This document shows positions 30,380-41,148 of a stretch of 64,000 nt of DNA, in pieces. Source of the DNA: Acidobacteriota bacterium (lineage in GTDB: Bacteria > Acidobacteriota > Thermoanaerobaculia > UBA5066); assembly GCA_036759345.1 (NCBI GenBank), contig DAIOUV010000001.1, positions 29,097-93,096 on the forward strand. Direction: 5' to 3'. Made by a program: the position numbers and the translations under genes. Position 1 is the first letter of the stretch. Every line of letters starts with the position of its first letter. The notes under the pieces were generated by a model. It saw nothing but the letters and a program-made list of their open reading frames with translations, made no database searches and was not told where the DNA came from.

Positions 30380-30475
30380 TCCACCCGACCGGAGTCCCGC
30401 TAAGGTGCGCTGTCCGAATATAATGCCGAGAACACGACGCCGAAGGCCCCGCCAGAAGGCGCCGTCAGGAGACGT

Positions 30476-32173
30476 ATGTCGGTCGACCCCGCAGCGACAC
30501 GCCGCTTGATCGAATCGCTGTCCACGCATCTCGAGGATCACCTCGCGACGTGGAAATCGTCGCTCGTGGACGCACGGAGAGACATCGAGGTCCTCCTCAC
30601 CACGTTGGCGGACAAGATCCCGGCGCACGCAAAGCCGCTGCTCCCGGAGGACCTCGTCGCGCTGATGCTCGAGGACGCGGCGCCCGCGCCCCCGGCCCCC
30701 GCGGCGGCCCCTGCCTCGGGCGCGCCCCAAGCCGATTGGACCGTCGTGCGCGGTTCGCTCGCCGCCATCGAGTCCGCACGCACGCAGGTCGACGTCCTCT
30801 CGCGATTTCTCACGCGCGTCAACGCGCATGCGTCGCGGGTCGCGCTTCTCGTCCTTCGGAACGACCGGCTCACCGGCTGGAAGGCCCTCGGATTCGACGC
30901 ATCCGGAGGACGCGACGAAGCCGTGCGCTCCCTCGACCTCGGCGGCGAGGACGACCCGTTCGTCGCCGCCGTGCTCAAGTCGCAGCACTCCGTGCTCGCC
31001 GAGCCGCCCAGCGAATCCGGGCCGCTCCGCCGCGCCCTCGGCGGGCAGGCGCCCGCGCGCACCCTCCTCGTTCCGATGATCATCCGCGACCGGCTCGCCG
31101 GCGTCGTCTGCGCCGACGAGCTTCCGGGCGAGGAGGGCCGGCTGAACGAGGCCGCCGTCGAGGTCCTCACGTTCGTGACCGGGCTCGCAGTGGATCTCCT
31201 GGCCGCGCGCAAGAAGATTCCGTCCCCCTCCCTCACGCCCACGGGGGAGGCGATCGCCCGCTTCGAGGCCTCGATCGCTTCGCCGCCGCCGGCTGTCACC
31301 GACTTCGAGTTCGAGGCCTCTCCCGCGCAGCTGTCCGCGCCGGCTCCCGTTCCGCCGGCTCTCGTTCCGCCGCCTTCCCAGCGCTCGCGGTCCACCGACG
31401 CCGGCGAAGCCCTGCGCGCGATCGAAGAGTCCGCGAAGACCCGGACCCCGTCGGGCCTCCGCTCCTTCTCGTCCGATCCCGGGCTCACGAGCGCGATTCC
31501 CACGATGGGCGCCGCTTCGGCTCCGCCGGCGCCCTCCTACCCTTCGTTCCCGCCGTCGCCTTCGTTCCCAGCGTCGCCTTCGTTCCCAGCGTCGCTTTCG
31601 TTCCCGGCAGCTCCCTCCTTTGCGGCTGCGCCCGCGGCTGCCCCCACACCGGCCTCCGCCCCCCCGCTCTCCGCTTCGCTTCCCTCCTCTCCGGCCTCGC
31701 CACTCTCCAATGCGTCCACCGGCGATTTCACCGGTGCTTTCGAGGCCCTGCGCGCGTCCGCACGCGTGACGTCGCCCACGGAAGGCGACGTCACCGTGCA
31801 GAAGCCCGCCCGCGCGTCGACGTCCGCCGTGACGCCCCCGCGCGACATCGCGAGTGCGGTGCGACCGATCTCGGGCTTCGTTCCGCGGGGTCGCGCGGCG
31901 GCCGCCGACAGCCCGCAACGCGCGCACGACGACGCCCGGCGGCTGGCCCGCCTGCTCATTTCGGAGATCAAGCTCTACAACGAGAAGAAAGTGGAAGAGG
32001 GTCGCACCCTGAACGACCTCTACGAGCGTCTCAAGGACGACATCGAGAGGAGCCGCCATGTGTACGACGAAAGGACGTCCGCCGCCGTCCGCCAGGACAC
32101 GGACTTCTTCCACGATGAGCTCGTGCGCATCCTCGCCGACGGTCGGGCCGAGGCGCTCGGCTCAGTGAGCTGA
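30476..32173 (+). CDS. GAF-domain protein with Pro/Ser/Ala-rich linker and conserved-looking helical C-terminal domain
   Basis: GAF-like LLVPMIIRDRLAGVVCAD; C-terminal ARRLARLLISEIKLYN...DIERSR..Y. A perfect TATAAT lies at 30419-30424. Confidence 0.75.
   Translation: MSVDPAATRRLIESLSTHLEDHLATWKSSLVDARRDIEVLLTTLADKIPAHAKPLLPEDLVALMLEDAAPAPPAPAAAPASGAPQADWTVVRGSLAAIESARTQVDVLSRFLTRVNAHASRVALLVLRNDRLTGWKALGFDASGGRDEAVRSLDLGGEDDPFVAAVLKSQHSVLAEPPSESGPLRRALGGQAPARTLLVPMIIRDRLAGVVCADELPGEEGRLNEAAVEVLTFVTGLAVDLLAARKKIPSPSLTPTGEAIARFEASIASPPPAVTDFEFEASPAQLSAPAPVPPALVPPPSQRSRSTDAGEALRAIEESAKTRTPSGLRSFSSDPGLTSAIPTMGAASAPPAPSYPSFPPSPSFPASPSFPASLSFPAAPSFAAAPAAAPTPASAPPLSASLPSSPASPLSNASTGDFTGAFEALRASARVTSPTEGDVTVQKPARASTSAVTPPRDIASAVRPISGFVPRGRAAAADSPQRAHDDARRLARLLISEIKLYNEKKVEEGRTLNDLYERLKDDIERSRHVYDERTSAAVRQDTDFFHDELVRILADGRAEALGSVS
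31541..31612 (+). repeat. Four 18-bp tandem units encoding (P/L)SFPxS/A
   Basis: CCTTCGTTCCC(G/A)(C/G)CGTCG-type units start at 31541, 31559, 31577 and 31595. Confidence 0.8.
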
Positions 32174-32177
32174 GCAG

Positions 32178-34322
32178 CTGACTCTCCGGGTTTTCCTTCT
32201 CGCGGGCTCGCTTTCCGCGGGAAGCCTCGCCCGGGCGTCGGCGGCACCCGATACGCCGCCGGCCTCCTCCGAAGCCGCGGCCTTGAGGACGCGCCTCCTC
32301 GCCGCGTCCCTCGCACTCGCGAAGGGCGACGGCTCCGCCGCTGCCCTCGTCGCCGGACTCGACGCATCGCCTCTCGGCCTCCCGGGCCTGCCCGCGTGGA
32401 TCGGACTCTCGGCAGGAACCGGCGTGCGGGCGAATCGCGTGCCCGCTCTCCTCGCCTTCGCGGCGGGCGAACAGTCTCTCGCTCTCGCGCGCGCCGCCCT
32501 CTCGCGCGCCGCGCGTCTCGCCGCAACCAAGGAAGAACGCGAGGCGGTGCGCGCCGCCCTCGGCGCGCGCCCCGCGCCGGAGAGGGCGCAGCCCCGCGCC
32601 TTCATCGCGCAGGCGCTCGCCGAGTCGCGCGTCGCCTCCGGCGACGAGGCGCGCGACAGCCTCGTCCGGCTCGCGACGATCTTCCCCGACGCTCCCTCCC
32701 GCGCCGCGGACCTCTTCGACGACGACGACCGGGATGCGTTCGAGGCCGCCATTCGCCAGTCGCCCGTCGCGACTCGCGTGGCACGGGCCCGGGTCATCGC
32801 GGGCCGCGATTCCAAGGGGGCGTCCGCGCTCCTGCGCTCGCTCGGACCGGACGTGCCGGCTCGTTCCCGCGCCGAGGCCGCCGATGCGTGGCTTCTCGCG
32901 GGGAGCCCGCGCGACGCGAAACGCCTTCTCGCCCTCGGACCCGCCGACCCTTCGGACGAAACCGAGGCGCTTCACCGGGCCGCGCTCTCGTGGCTCGTCG
33001 AGACGCGTCTCCTGGGCGTCCCCGAACCCCGCCGGGCGCGCCGCGGCCGTCGCGCGCCCGCCGCCCGGCCCACCAAGCCGGGCCCCTTCTCCGAAAAGGA
33101 GAAGGCCGCCGCCGGCGTCAGGCTGGCCGCCCTCGGCGCGCTCCTCGACCGACCGCTCTCCGAAGAGGACCGGCGCCGGCTCCTCGAGGGCGGGGTCCGT
33201 CTCGCCTGGAAGGCCGCGCGCGGGGACGACGCCCGCCGCCTCCTCGCGCCGCTCCTCGCGCTCGACCCGACGACGGACGCGGGCTCTGCGGAATGGTTCG
33301 CCGACACGTGGGCGCGCTATGCGGCCGGCGATTTCGCCGGAGCGGCGCGCCTCTTCGACGAGCAGATTCCCGCGTATCGCGGGGCGTTCCTGCGCCGGCG
33401 CGCGACCTATTGGTCGGCGCGGGCGCACGAGAAGGCCGGCGACACGACCACGGCGAGAGCGCTTTACGCCGGGCTCGTGCCGGGCACCGTTCCCGATCTC
33501 TACGGGCGTTGGGCGGCCGCCGCGCTCGGCGTGACGCTTCCGGCCGCGCCGCCGGCGCTCGCCGCTCACGAAAGGGACGAGGCTCCGGGGGAAGTCGCCC
33601 TGCCCTCGCGCGAGCTTCTCCGCTGCGGATTCCCCGGACTCGCCGAGGACGCCGCCGAGAGCGAAGGCTCGCTCGATCCACTTTTCGCGGGCCGCGCGGC
33701 CTCTGCCCGGGGCGACCATCGCCGCGCCGCGGCGGTGCTGAAACGGCGCTATCCGGAGCTCGGAACTCCCGAGGAAGGCGCGGTCCCCGCCGAGGCGCGC
33801 GCCGCCTATTACCCGCTGGCGCATGCGGACCGGATCGCCGAGGCCGCGCGTGCCGCGGGGGTGCCCGCCTCGCTCCTCTTCGGCCTCATCCGGCAGGAGA
33901 GCGTCTTCACCGAGGACGCGAAATCGCACGCGGGCGCGCTCGGCCTCATGCAGGTGATGCCTTCGACGGGCCGCCTCCTCTACCGGAAGGAGAATGGCAA
34001 GGGGCGTCCCGACCTCAGGGACCCGGACGCGAACCTGCGCCTCGGCGCGCGCTACCTGAGGCAGCTCCTCGACACCTTCTCGGGCGACACCGCCGCGGCG
34101 CTGGCCGCATACAACGCCGGACCGGGGCGGGTGCGCGCATGGAAAAGGGCATTCCACCTCGCGCCCGAGGACGAGTTCCTGGAGTCGATCCCGTTCTCGG
34201 AGACGCGCCTCTACGTCAAGCGCGTGTTGTTTTTCCAGAGCGTCTACTCGTCGCTCTACGGGCTCCCGCTCGACGCCGCCTCGCCAGTCGCGTCCCTGCC
34301 GGCGGCGGAACCGAGACCCTGA
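32178..34322 (+). CDS. Soluble lytic transglycosylase (Slt70-like) with superhelical N-terminus; start inferred as CTG at 32178
   Basis: LIRQES catalytic Glu, GALGLMQVMP, NLRLGARYL, AAYNAGPG and ETRLYV motifs. A signal peptide is encoded only if translation starts upstream of TTG 32283. Confidence 0.88.
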   Translation: MTLRVFLLAGSLSAGSLARASAAPDTPPASSEAAALRTRLLAASLALAKGDGSAAALVAGLDASPLGLPGLPAWIGLSAGTGVRANRVPALLAFAAGEQSLALARAALSRAARLAATKEEREAVRAALGARPAPERAQPRAFIAQALAESRVASGDEARDSLVRLATIFPDAPSRAADLFDDDDRDAFEAAIRQSPVATRVARARVIAGRDSKGASALLRSLGPDVPARSRAEAADAWLLAGSPRDAKRLLALGPADPSDETEALHRAALSWLVETRLLGVPEPRRARRGRRAPAARPTKPGPFSEKEKAAAGVRLAALGALLDRPLSEEDRRRLLEGGVRLAWKAARGDDARRLLAPLLALDPTTDAGSAEWFADTWARYAAGDFAGAARLFDEQIPAYRGAFLRRRATYWSARAHEKAGDTTTARALYAGLVPGTVPDLYGRWAAAALGVTLPAAPPALAAHERDEAPGEVALPSRELLRCGFPGLAEDAAESEGSLDPLFAGRAASARGDHRRAAAVLKRRYPELGTPEEGAVPAEARAAYYPLAHADRIAEAARAAGVPASLLFGLIRQESVFTEDAKSHAGALGLMQVMPSTGRLLYRKENGKGRPDLRDPDANLRLGARYLRQLLDTFSGDTAAALAAYNAGPGRVRAWKRAFHLAPEDEFLESIPFSETRLYVKRVLFFQSVYSSLYGLPLDAASPVASLPAAEPRP

Positions 34323-34332
34323 CCGGCGCCCT

Positions 34333-34809
34333 TCAGACGACGCCGGCAACCCTCGCGGAGGATTTCGCGGTCGACTTGCGGCACGCCGAGCAGAGGCCCC
34401 GGATCTGGTGGGAGTGCGACGTGGCGGCGAAGTCGTATTCCTTGCAGACGGCTTCCTGGCGCTTCTCGATGGCCGAGTCGATGAACTCGATGACTTTTCC
34501 GCAGTTCGAGCACACGAGGTGATCGTGGTGCTCGCCCTTGCGCAGCCGCTCGTAGCGGTACTTCTCCTCGTTCAGCCGCACGCGCCCCACGAGGCCGCAT
34601 TCGTGCAGAAGCTCCAGCGTGCGGTAAATCGTCGCGCGGCTCACCTTGGTGCCGCGGTCGCGCATGCGGATGACGAGATCCTCCGCGTCGAAGTGCCGGT
34701 GGGTCGAGAAGATTTCGTCGAAGAGGGCCGTCCGCTCGCGCGTGACTTTCAAGCCCTTCTTTCTCAGGAAGTCATCGAAGACCCGCCGTTCGTCTGCGTT
34801 TTGATTCAC
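34333..34809 (-). CDS. fur: Fur-family transcriptional regulator
   Basis: GLKVTRER, HFDAED, SRATIYRTL, HHDHLVCSNCGKVIEF and GLCSAC motifs. Confidence 0.92.
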   Translation of the reverse strand: MNQNADERRVFDDFLRKKGLKVTRERTALFDEIFSTHRHFDAEDLVIRMRDRGTKVSRATIYRTLELLHECGLVGRVRLNEEKYRYERLRKGEHHDHLVCSNCGKVIEFIDSAIEKRQEAVCKEYDFAATSHSHQIRGLCSACRKSTAKSSARVAGVV

Positions 34810-34821
34810 CCTGTAAACATA

Positions 34822-35730
34822 TCAGTCTGCTCGCCGGACGGGAATCCCCAACCGGAAGAGCGCCCGGAGATCCAAGGCCGGGGGTTGGCCGGGGATTCGC
34901 CTGGCGGCGCCCGTGAACAGGACGAGAACGCCTTCGCGGTCGAGTCGTGGATCCTTGCTCACGAGCGCGAGGGCAGCGCCGGCCACGAGGGAAGCCGCGA
35001 ACGAAGTCCCCCCCGCCTTCTCCTGATGCCGCCCGTCCATGGACGGCACGACGAGCGGCACCGCCGGAGCGAGGAGATCCGGCTTCAGGACCCCGCCGAC
35101 TACGCCCACCCGCGGCCCCCGGGCCGGGCGCTTCGCCTCGACGTCCCAGCCGCCGACCCCGATGGCATGAGGCGATGAGGCGGGCGACACGCACGCCCCC
35201 TCGGGATCCCAACCCGCGGCCGCGACAACCACGATGCGCCGTTCGTCCAGGGCCCGGACGAGGGACGGGATCTCGCTGCGCTCACCCCGCCGCTCGGGAT
35301 CGTCCCCGAACGGGCAGAGGACGACGCGGATCCCGTACGCGGCCCCCCGCGCAAGCACCCAGCGGAAGGCCCGCACGATCGCCTGCCTCGGGACGCGGTG
35401 TCCCTGACCCACCTTCACGAGCACGACCCGGCCGCGCGGGGAAGGCGAGACGAGGCCGCTTCCGTGGCCGTCCCCGGCCGCGAGCAGCATCGTGCGCGTC
35501 CCGTGCTCGGCGAAGGACCTCGGGTCGCCGTAGCGGAACGGCACGACGCGGCGGCCCGTCACGTCGCGGCACGCGATCACGCGGCGGGCGGGCAGGTCGG
35601 GATGCTTGACGAAGCCGACGTCGAGAACGGCTATTGCAGGGTGCGAAGACAACCACCGGAGTCTACCGGCGGGTAAGATTCGGAAAACAATGCCTTCCGA
35701 GGCGGGTTCGTCGCGGATGCCAGAGCGCAT
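34822..35730 (-). CDS. Compact S8 (subtilisin-like) serine peptidase; start uncertain (alternative TTG 35652)
   Basis: Catalytic triad motifs IAVLDVG (D), EHGT (H) and GTSFAAS (S), plus KPDLLAP. No signal peptide. Confidence 0.75.
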   Translation of the reverse strand: MRSGIRDEPASEGIVFRILPAGRLRWLSSHPAIAVLDVGFVKHPDLPARRVIACRDVTGRRVVPFRYGDPRSFAEHGTRTMLLAAGDGHGSGLVSPSPRGRVVLVKVGQGHRVPRQAIVRAFRWVLARGAAYGIRVVLCPFGDDPERRGERSEIPSLVRALDERRIVVVAAAGWDPEGACVSPASSPHAIGVGGWDVEAKRPARGPRVGVVGGVLKPDLLAPAVPLVVPSMDGRHQEKAGGTSFAASLVAGAALALVSKDPRLDREGVLVLFTGAARRIPGQPPALDLRALFRLGIPVRRAD

Positions 35731-37843
35731 CGACCATTACCGCATCGTTCGCCGGATCGCGCTCGGGGGCATGGCTGAGATCTTCGAGGCCGTGGATGAG
35801 AAGTCCGGCCGCACGGTGGCGCTCAAGAAGATCCTGCCGCACATCGCGACGGATCCCGACTTCCTCGACCGCTTCTTCCACGAGATAAGGATCCAGATCT
35901 CCCTCAAGCACCCGAACGTCGTCGAGCTCCTGGACTGCAGCCCCACTCCCCAGCAGGCCTACATCGTCATGGAGTTCGTGGACGGCGGCGAGCTGCATGG
36001 CCTGAGGAAACAGTGCGGCCGTTTCCCGTGGGAGATCGCGCTCTTTGTCACCCGGGAGGCCCTCTCTGGCCTCGAGGCTGCCCACGCGAAGGGTGTCATC
36101 CACCGTGACATCAAGCCGCAAAACATCATGTGGACGCGGGATGGCTGCGTGAAGATCGGCGACTTCGGCATCAGCCACGCCGCGCACCTGACGCGCCTCA
36201 CGCACACGGGCACCGTCGTGGGAACCCCCGCGCACATGTCGCCGGAACAGGCGCGCGGCGAGGAGCTGGACGCACGCACCGACCTGTTCTCGATGGGGAC
36301 GGTCCTCTACGAGCTCCTCTGCGGTTACAACCCCTTCACGGCCGACTCCATCGCCGCTTCCCTCCACCGCGTGGCCGAGGTCGAGCCGGATCTGCCCTCG
36401 CTTCTCGACCCGTCGATTCCCTCCTCCGTCGACACGTTTCTGCGGATGCTGCACGCCAAGGACAGGTCGCGACGCTTCGCGAGCGCGGCGGCGGCGTGCG
36501 ACGCCCTGGATGCCCTCTACGAGAAGGAGGGCGTCACGCGGCCCGGAGTTCTCTTCCGGACGTTCCTCGAGAATCCCGCCTCCTTCGTCGCCGAGCGCAA
36601 CCGGCGGCTCGCCAAAGAGTCCACCACCGCCGCCGAACGCCTGCTCTCGGACGCTAACGCGCGCCCCGAGGAGGCGCTCTGGGCGGCCTACCAAACGGTC
36701 GCCTGCACGCCGGACGACCCCGCCGCGCAGACGCTCCTGCACACGGCCGCGCTGCGCGCCGGACAGCGCGAGAAGCCCCTCGACAACGCCCGCATCCGCG
36801 AGCTCGAGGAATCCCTGAAAAGAGATCCCGACAACCTCGCGCTCCTTCTCCAGCTCGCCAAGCTCTACCGCCTCGAACACGACTTCCTGAATCTCATGCG
36901 CTTCTTCCGGAAGCTGCAGTCGCTCGGGCCGTCCGACGCGTACACGCGGGGACAGATCGCGTCTCTGCTCTCGAGGGGCGAGCCGACGCCCGCCTTCGCG
37001 ACGCGCGCCGTGCCCCTCGGGGCGGACGGCACGCCGCGCACCGTGCCGGTCATCCCGCGCAAGGAGTCCAGTCGCGCGGGCCTCCTCGCGGCGGCCGGCA
37101 TCTTCATCGTGCTCGCCTCCCTAGGGGTGTGGTGGGCGAAGCGGGCTCCGAGCATTCCCTCGGGAGAACGCCGCTCCGGGCCGGCGAGCACGCCGACGCC
37201 CGTCGTCGTGCCCGTCCGCGGCGGGGATGCCGCGCTCGAGCACGTCCGCGAACGCGGGGCGCTCGTCGAACGCGAGAACGGGGCGGCCTCCGCACTCGGC
37301 TTTTACGAAGAAGCTCTTGAGGCGACGGCGCGACCCGAGTCGCGCGCCATCCTCCTCTCTCTCATCGCCGATCTCGCCGTCAAGGCGCAGGACAGACCGC
37401 GCGCGACGAAGGCGTTCGACGCGCTCCTCCAGATCCCCACGGCGCGCCCGGAAGCGCTCCTCAGGCAAGGAGACTTCCTCGCTTCGCTCGGGCAGGGCGA
37501 CGCCGCCGACCGCCTGTTCGAGGAGGCGGCGCGGGCAAACGACCCCGCCGTCAGCGTGCCGGCGACGCTCCGGCTCGCGCGGGACGCCGAAAGATCCCAG
37601 AATACCGTTCGCGCGATGAGCCTGTACGAGGAGATTCTGCTCAAGGCGCCCGGCTCGACTCACGCCGACGAGGCGCGCCTCGGCCTCGCGGCTCTTTACA
37701 AGGCCGAGGGGCGGCTCTCGGACGCCAGGCGGCAGTATGAGGACGTCCTGAAGAACGAGATGCCGGCGAGCGACGAGAGGAAGGCCGCCGAGGCGGGACT
37801 GAAGGCGCTCGAGGGCGCTCCCGCGGAGGAGGCCCGGCCATGA
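35690..37843 (+). CDS. Hanks-type Ser/Thr protein kinase with TPRs and one TM helix (start 35690 or 35717)
   Basis: [23 protein letters not shown] and [10 protein letters not shown] motifs; [21 protein letters not shown]; C-terminal TPR-like repeats. Confidence 0.92.
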   Translation: MPSEAGSSRMPERIDHYRIVRRIALGGMAEIFEAVDEKSGRTVALKKILPHIATDPDFLDRFFHEIRIQISLKHPNVVELLDCSPTPQQAYIVMEFVDGGELHGLRKQCGRFPWEIALFVTREALSGLEAAHAKGVIHRDIKPQNIMWTRDGCVKIGDFGISHAAHLTRLTHTGTVVGTPAHMSPEQARGEELDARTDLFSMGTVLYELLCGYNPFTADSIAASLHRVAEVEPDLPSLLDPSIPSSVDTFLRMLHAKDRSRRFASAAAACDALDALYEKEGVTRPGVLFRTFLENPASFVAERNRRLAKESTTAAERLLSDANARPEEALWAAYQTVACTPDDPAAQTLLHTAALRAGQREKPLDNARIRELEESLKRDPDNLALLLQLAKLYRLEHDFLNLMRFFRKLQSLGPSDAYTRGQIASLLSRGEPTPAFATRAVPLGADGTPRTVPVIPRKESSRAGLLAAAGIFIVLASLGVWWAKRAPSIPSGERRSGPASTPTPVVVPVRGGDAALEHVRERGALVERENGAASALGFYEEALEATARPESRAILLSLIADLAVKAQDRPRATKAFDALLQIPTARPEALLRQGDFLASLGQGDAADRLFEEAARANDPAVSVPATLRLARDAERSQNTVRAMSLYEEILLKAPGSTHADEARLGLAALYKAEGRLSDARRQYEDVLKNEMPASDERKAAEAGLKALEGAPAEEARP

Positions 37844-38259
37844 AATCGCATCGCAAGGTTTTGACGCTTCATCTCCCCGGCAGAATCGGATTCGTGAACA
37901 TCACCGGCGAAGTCCAGGCCGCGATCGACGAGAGCGGGGTTCGGGAAGGACTCTGCCTCGTCAACCCGATGCACATCACGGCCTCGGTCTTCATCAACGA
38001 CGACGAGGCCGGCCTTCACCGCGATTACGAGCGCTTCTTCGAAACGCTGGTCCCCCACGAGCCGGTCCGGCAGTGGCGTCACAACGATACGGGCGAGGAC
38101 AACGCCGACGCGCACATCAAGCGGCAGCTCATGGGCCGCGAGGTCGTCGTCGCGATCACGAAGGGGCGGCTCGACTTCGGCACGTGGGAGCGGATTTTCT
38201 ACGGCGAGTGGGACGGCCGCCGCGACAAGCGCGTCCTCATCAAGATTCTCGGGGAGTAG
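37840..38259 (+). CDS. YjbQ/UPF0047 family protein
   Basis: [24 protein letters not shown] and [18 protein letters not shown] motifs. Confidence 0.9.
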   Translation: MKSHRKVLTLHLPGRIGFVNITGEVQAAIDESGVREGLCLVNPMHITASVFINDDEAGLHRDYERFFETLVPHEPVRQWRHNDTGEDNADAHIKRQLMGREVVVAITKGRLDFGTWERIFYGEWDGRRDKRVLIKILGE

Positions 38260-38283
38260 CCGCCACCCCTCGCAAAGATCATG

Positions 38284-40179
38284 TCAATCTGTCGGCGGGT
38301 CTCCCCGGCGTTCGGCCTCCAAGGCGAGGTCGATGAGCGCGTCGGCGAGGCGGGTGGCTCCTAAGGAATCCTCGCCGAGAGCCTCCGCGAAACGCGCGCG
38401 CACGCTCGCCTCGCGGGCCTCGTCGCGGATCGGGCGGCCCGAGGATTTCTTCACGGCGCCCACGAGGCGCGCGAGGTCGAGTCTGCGCGCGGCGAGCCGC
38501 GCGATGTCGCTGTCCACGCCGTCGATCGCGCGCCGGATCCTCTCCACCGAACCGCTCGCGCCGGGCAGGATTCCGAACTCGTCGAGGAGCTCCTCGAGGT
38601 CCTCGGGCAGAAGCGCCTGAGGCCCGTCGGAGAGCGCGGATTCGGGGGCATCGTGGACTTCGATCATGAGCCCGTCCACGCCCGCGCCCCACGCCGCGCG
38701 CGCGAGGCCCGGCACGAGATCGCGACGGCCCGCGGCGTGCGACGGATCCGCGAAGAGCGGGAGATGCGTGAGGGAGCGCGCGACCAGGAGGCCTCCGAGA
38801 TCGAGGGTGCCACGCGTCGCCTTCTCGAACGTGCGGATGCCGCGCTCGCACAGGATCACGTTCTTACAGCCCGCGTCGAGGAGGTACTCGGCCGAGGAAA
38901 GCCACTCTTCGACGGTCGTACCGAACCCGCGCTTCAGGAAGACGGGCCGCCCGCTCGCGCCCGCTTCCTTCAAGAGGTCGTAGTTCTGACAATTCCGGGC
39001 GCCGATCTGCAGCACGTCCGCGCGCGCGCCGACCGGACCGACCTGCGCGGGCGCCATGACCTCGGTCACGATGGGAAGACCGACCGCGTCGCCCGCCTCC
39101 TTCAGCCAGCCGAGGGCATCGAGGCCGTGTCCCTGAAACGAGTACGGCGACGTGCGGGGCTTGAAGACGCCGCCACGGAGAGCCGTGGCGCCCGCACGTG
39201 CGACGGCCCGCGCGAGGCGAAGGATCTGCTCGGGCGATTCGACGGCGCACGGGCCCGCGATCACGGCGCGCCGGCCGCCGCCGACGACGAAAGGCCCTAC
39301 GGCGACGACGCTCGGCTCGCGCACCTCGGTCACCTTCGGGATTTCCTTCATCCGCGGCGGGCGCACGAGCTCCGGGGCGGGCCCGAGCCACCGCACGCGC
39401 TCGCCCGCGGCGAGGCGTGCCGTTCCCGCGACCGCCCGGGCGACGCTTTTCTCGGGCACGACGGCGAACCCGCGCACCGGTTCCGCCGGCGTGCCCGGCA
39501 GCGAGAGCAGTTCCGCTTCGGCCTCGGCCAGAGCCGACGAAGCCCGGACTCCCGCGTAGAAGACCACGCGCGGCGCGAGGGACTCGGGCTCGGCCGCCCG
39601 GTCGAGCCGCCAGAAACGTGTCGCATTCGGGCGCACGTCCGAGACGTCCTCTTCGAGGATCAGGAGGCCCGCCTCGAGCGCCGCCTCCTCCGAGCACACA
39701 GCCGCCCGCGCCCCGCCGGCTTCCTTCACGCGGAACGCCGCATAGGCGGTGTCGTGCGTCTCGATCGGAATCGCGTCCAGGCGCGCGAGGAGATCGCGGC
39801 ACTGTCTAAGCGCCGCGGCCTGCGAGTGGACCTCACGTACGTCTTCGAGCGCAAGGCCCGGGGGAGCCGCGAGAACGAGCCTCACGGGCACCTCGATCTC
39901 CGCCCCGACGGTGACCCGTGACTCGGGTTGGGCGAGCGACCGGGCGAGCGCGTCGAGCGACTCGAGGATCGGCCCCTCGACGCGGTTCACCGCCGGCAGC
40001 ACCGCGCAGGCGATCTCTCCGGCGAGGAGCGCGCGCAGCATGCGCTCGAAGGTGGGGAAGGCGACCGGGCGGCCGCACCGCGCCGCCGCGCGGGCTCCGA
40101 ACGATCCCGGCTGCCCCTGATAGCCCGCGAGGACCGGCTCGTGCGTCGTCCCCCGTTCTTCCTCTTCGATCTCCGGCAT
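38284..40179 (-). CDS. Triple fusion: prephenate dehydratase-like / class I-beta DAHP synthase / chorismate mutase (AroQ)
   Basis: N-terminal GYQGQPGSF...NATRFW; middle [38 protein letters not shown]; C-terminal [27 protein letters not shown]. Confidence 0.88.
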   Translation of the reverse strand: MPEIEEEERGTTHEPVLAGYQGQPGSFGARAAARCGRPVAFPTFERMLRALLAGEIACAVLPAVNRVEGPILESLDALARSLAQPESRVTVGAEIEVPVRLVLAAPPGLALEDVREVHSQAAALRQCRDLLARLDAIPIETHDTAYAAFRVKEAGGARAAVCSEEAALEAGLLILEEDVSDVRPNATRFWRLDRAAEPESLAPRVVFYAGVRASSALAEAEAELLSLPGTPAEPVRGFAVVPEKSVARAVAGTARLAAGERVRWLGPAPELVRPPRMKEIPKVTEVREPSVVAVGPFVVGGGRRAVIAGPCAVESPEQILRLARAVARAGATALRGGVFKPRTSPYSFQGHGLDALGWLKEAGDAVGLPIVTEVMAPAQVGPVGARADVLQIGARNCQNYDLLKEAGASGRPVFLKRGFGTTVEEWLSSAEYLLDAGCKNVILCERGIRTFEKATRGTLDLGGLLVARSLTHLPLFADPSHAAGRRDLVPGLARAAWGAGVDGLMIEVHDAPESALSDGPQALLPEDLEELLDEFGILPGASGSVERIRRAIDGVDSDIARLAARRLDLARLVGAVKKSSGRPIRDEAREASVRARFAEALGEDSLGATRLADALIDLALEAERRGDPPTD

Positions 40180-40195
40180 GTCGTTCCGAAGCCCC

Positions 40196-41044
40196 CTACG
40201 GCCGCGAGGCGTCTGCCCGCGTCGAGGTCGGCTGTTTCGTGACCTTGGCGTCTTCCAGGACGACGGGGTACTGATAGCCCGCGCCGAAGTCCTTGTCGAC
40301 GTGAACGACGCCCTTCACGACCACGACGTCGCCGACGGCCGCCGGATCGCCGGTCGTCACCGTCAGGTCGTCGTCCTTCTTCTCGCGCGAGCCCGAACCG
40401 TCACGGATGTGGTACCAGTTCCGGCCCATGATCCCCGTGTTCGCCTTCACGACCTTGCCGCGCACCGTCACGGTCTTGTCTTTCAGTTGGGCGCGCTCGG
40501 CGAAGACCTGCGCCACCGTGCGCGCGTCCTTCCCTTCGGCCTTCGGGACCTTGACGTCTCCGGCGTCCGCCGGCCCGCCCGCTGCTGCGGCGTGCGGCGC
40601 GGCCATCGGCGCGCCCTTCGCTGCTTCGGCCGCGGCGCCGTGCGCCGAGATGGGCGCCGGAGGCGCGCCCGCCTTTCCGTCCCCGAGGCTGCCGAACACG
40701 ATGCGGTCGAACTTCCGGTTCAGCGTCTTGCTTTCGAAGCCGTCCATCGACATCGCGTTCACGACCGTGACGCTGTCGCCCTTCTTGACGTTCGCCTTCG
40801 TGATGGCGGCCCACGTTTCGCCGCCGCCTTCCGTCCTGAGGCGCATGTACGTGTAGTCGGAGGCGTCGAGCGTCTCCTCCACGATGCCCGCGACGCTCGT
40901 GAGGGCCGGCTGGGGCGCCTGAGGAACGGCGGCAGCCGCGGAAGCCGAGGACGTGGGAGCGGACGGGGCCGCGGCGGGAGCCGCGGGCTTCTGGCCGCAT
41001 GCGGCGGTGAGGGCGAGCGCGAGGACGAGAACGGTTCGGCGCAT
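40196..41044 (-). CDS. Lipoprotein with two OB-fold-like domains (NrfJ-like)
   Basis: Lipobox LTAA|C, then YTYMRL..ETWAA and [29 protein letters not shown] motifs. Confidence 0.65.
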   Translation of the reverse strand: MRRTVLVLALALTAACGQKPAAPAAAPSAPTSSASAAAAVPQAPQPALTSVAGIVEETLDASDYTYMRLRTEGGGETWAAITKANVKKGDSVTVVNAMSMDGFESKTLNRKFDRIVFGSLGDGKAGAPPAPISAHGAAAEAAKGAPMAAPHAAAAGGPADAGDVKVPKAEGKDARTVAQVFAERAQLKDKTVTVRGKVVKANTGIMGRNWYHIRDGSGSREKKDDDLTVTTGDPAAVGDVVVVKGVVHVDKDFGAGYQYPVVLEDAKVTKQPTSTRADASRP

Positions 41045-41091
41045 GGATGAGGTTCTCCTTCTTTCGAGCCCCCAATCTTGACAGAAGAACG

Positions 41092-41119
41092 AAAAAAGGC
41101 CGCCCGGGGAGGGCGGCCT
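41092..41119 (-). terminator. Rho-independent terminator ending the redox/GcvH-like operon
   Basis: Minus strand GGCCGCCC-TCCC-GGGCGGCC followed by TTTTTT. Confidence 0.8.
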
Positions 41120-41148
41120 TCGGATTCCGCGCCGCGGACCATCGGGGC

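Noticed and set aside
31541-31612. CRISPR-like array
   Set aside because: The units are contiguous, in frame and have no spacers; this is a coding tandem repeat. No cas genes or repeat-spacer arrays were seen in the window.
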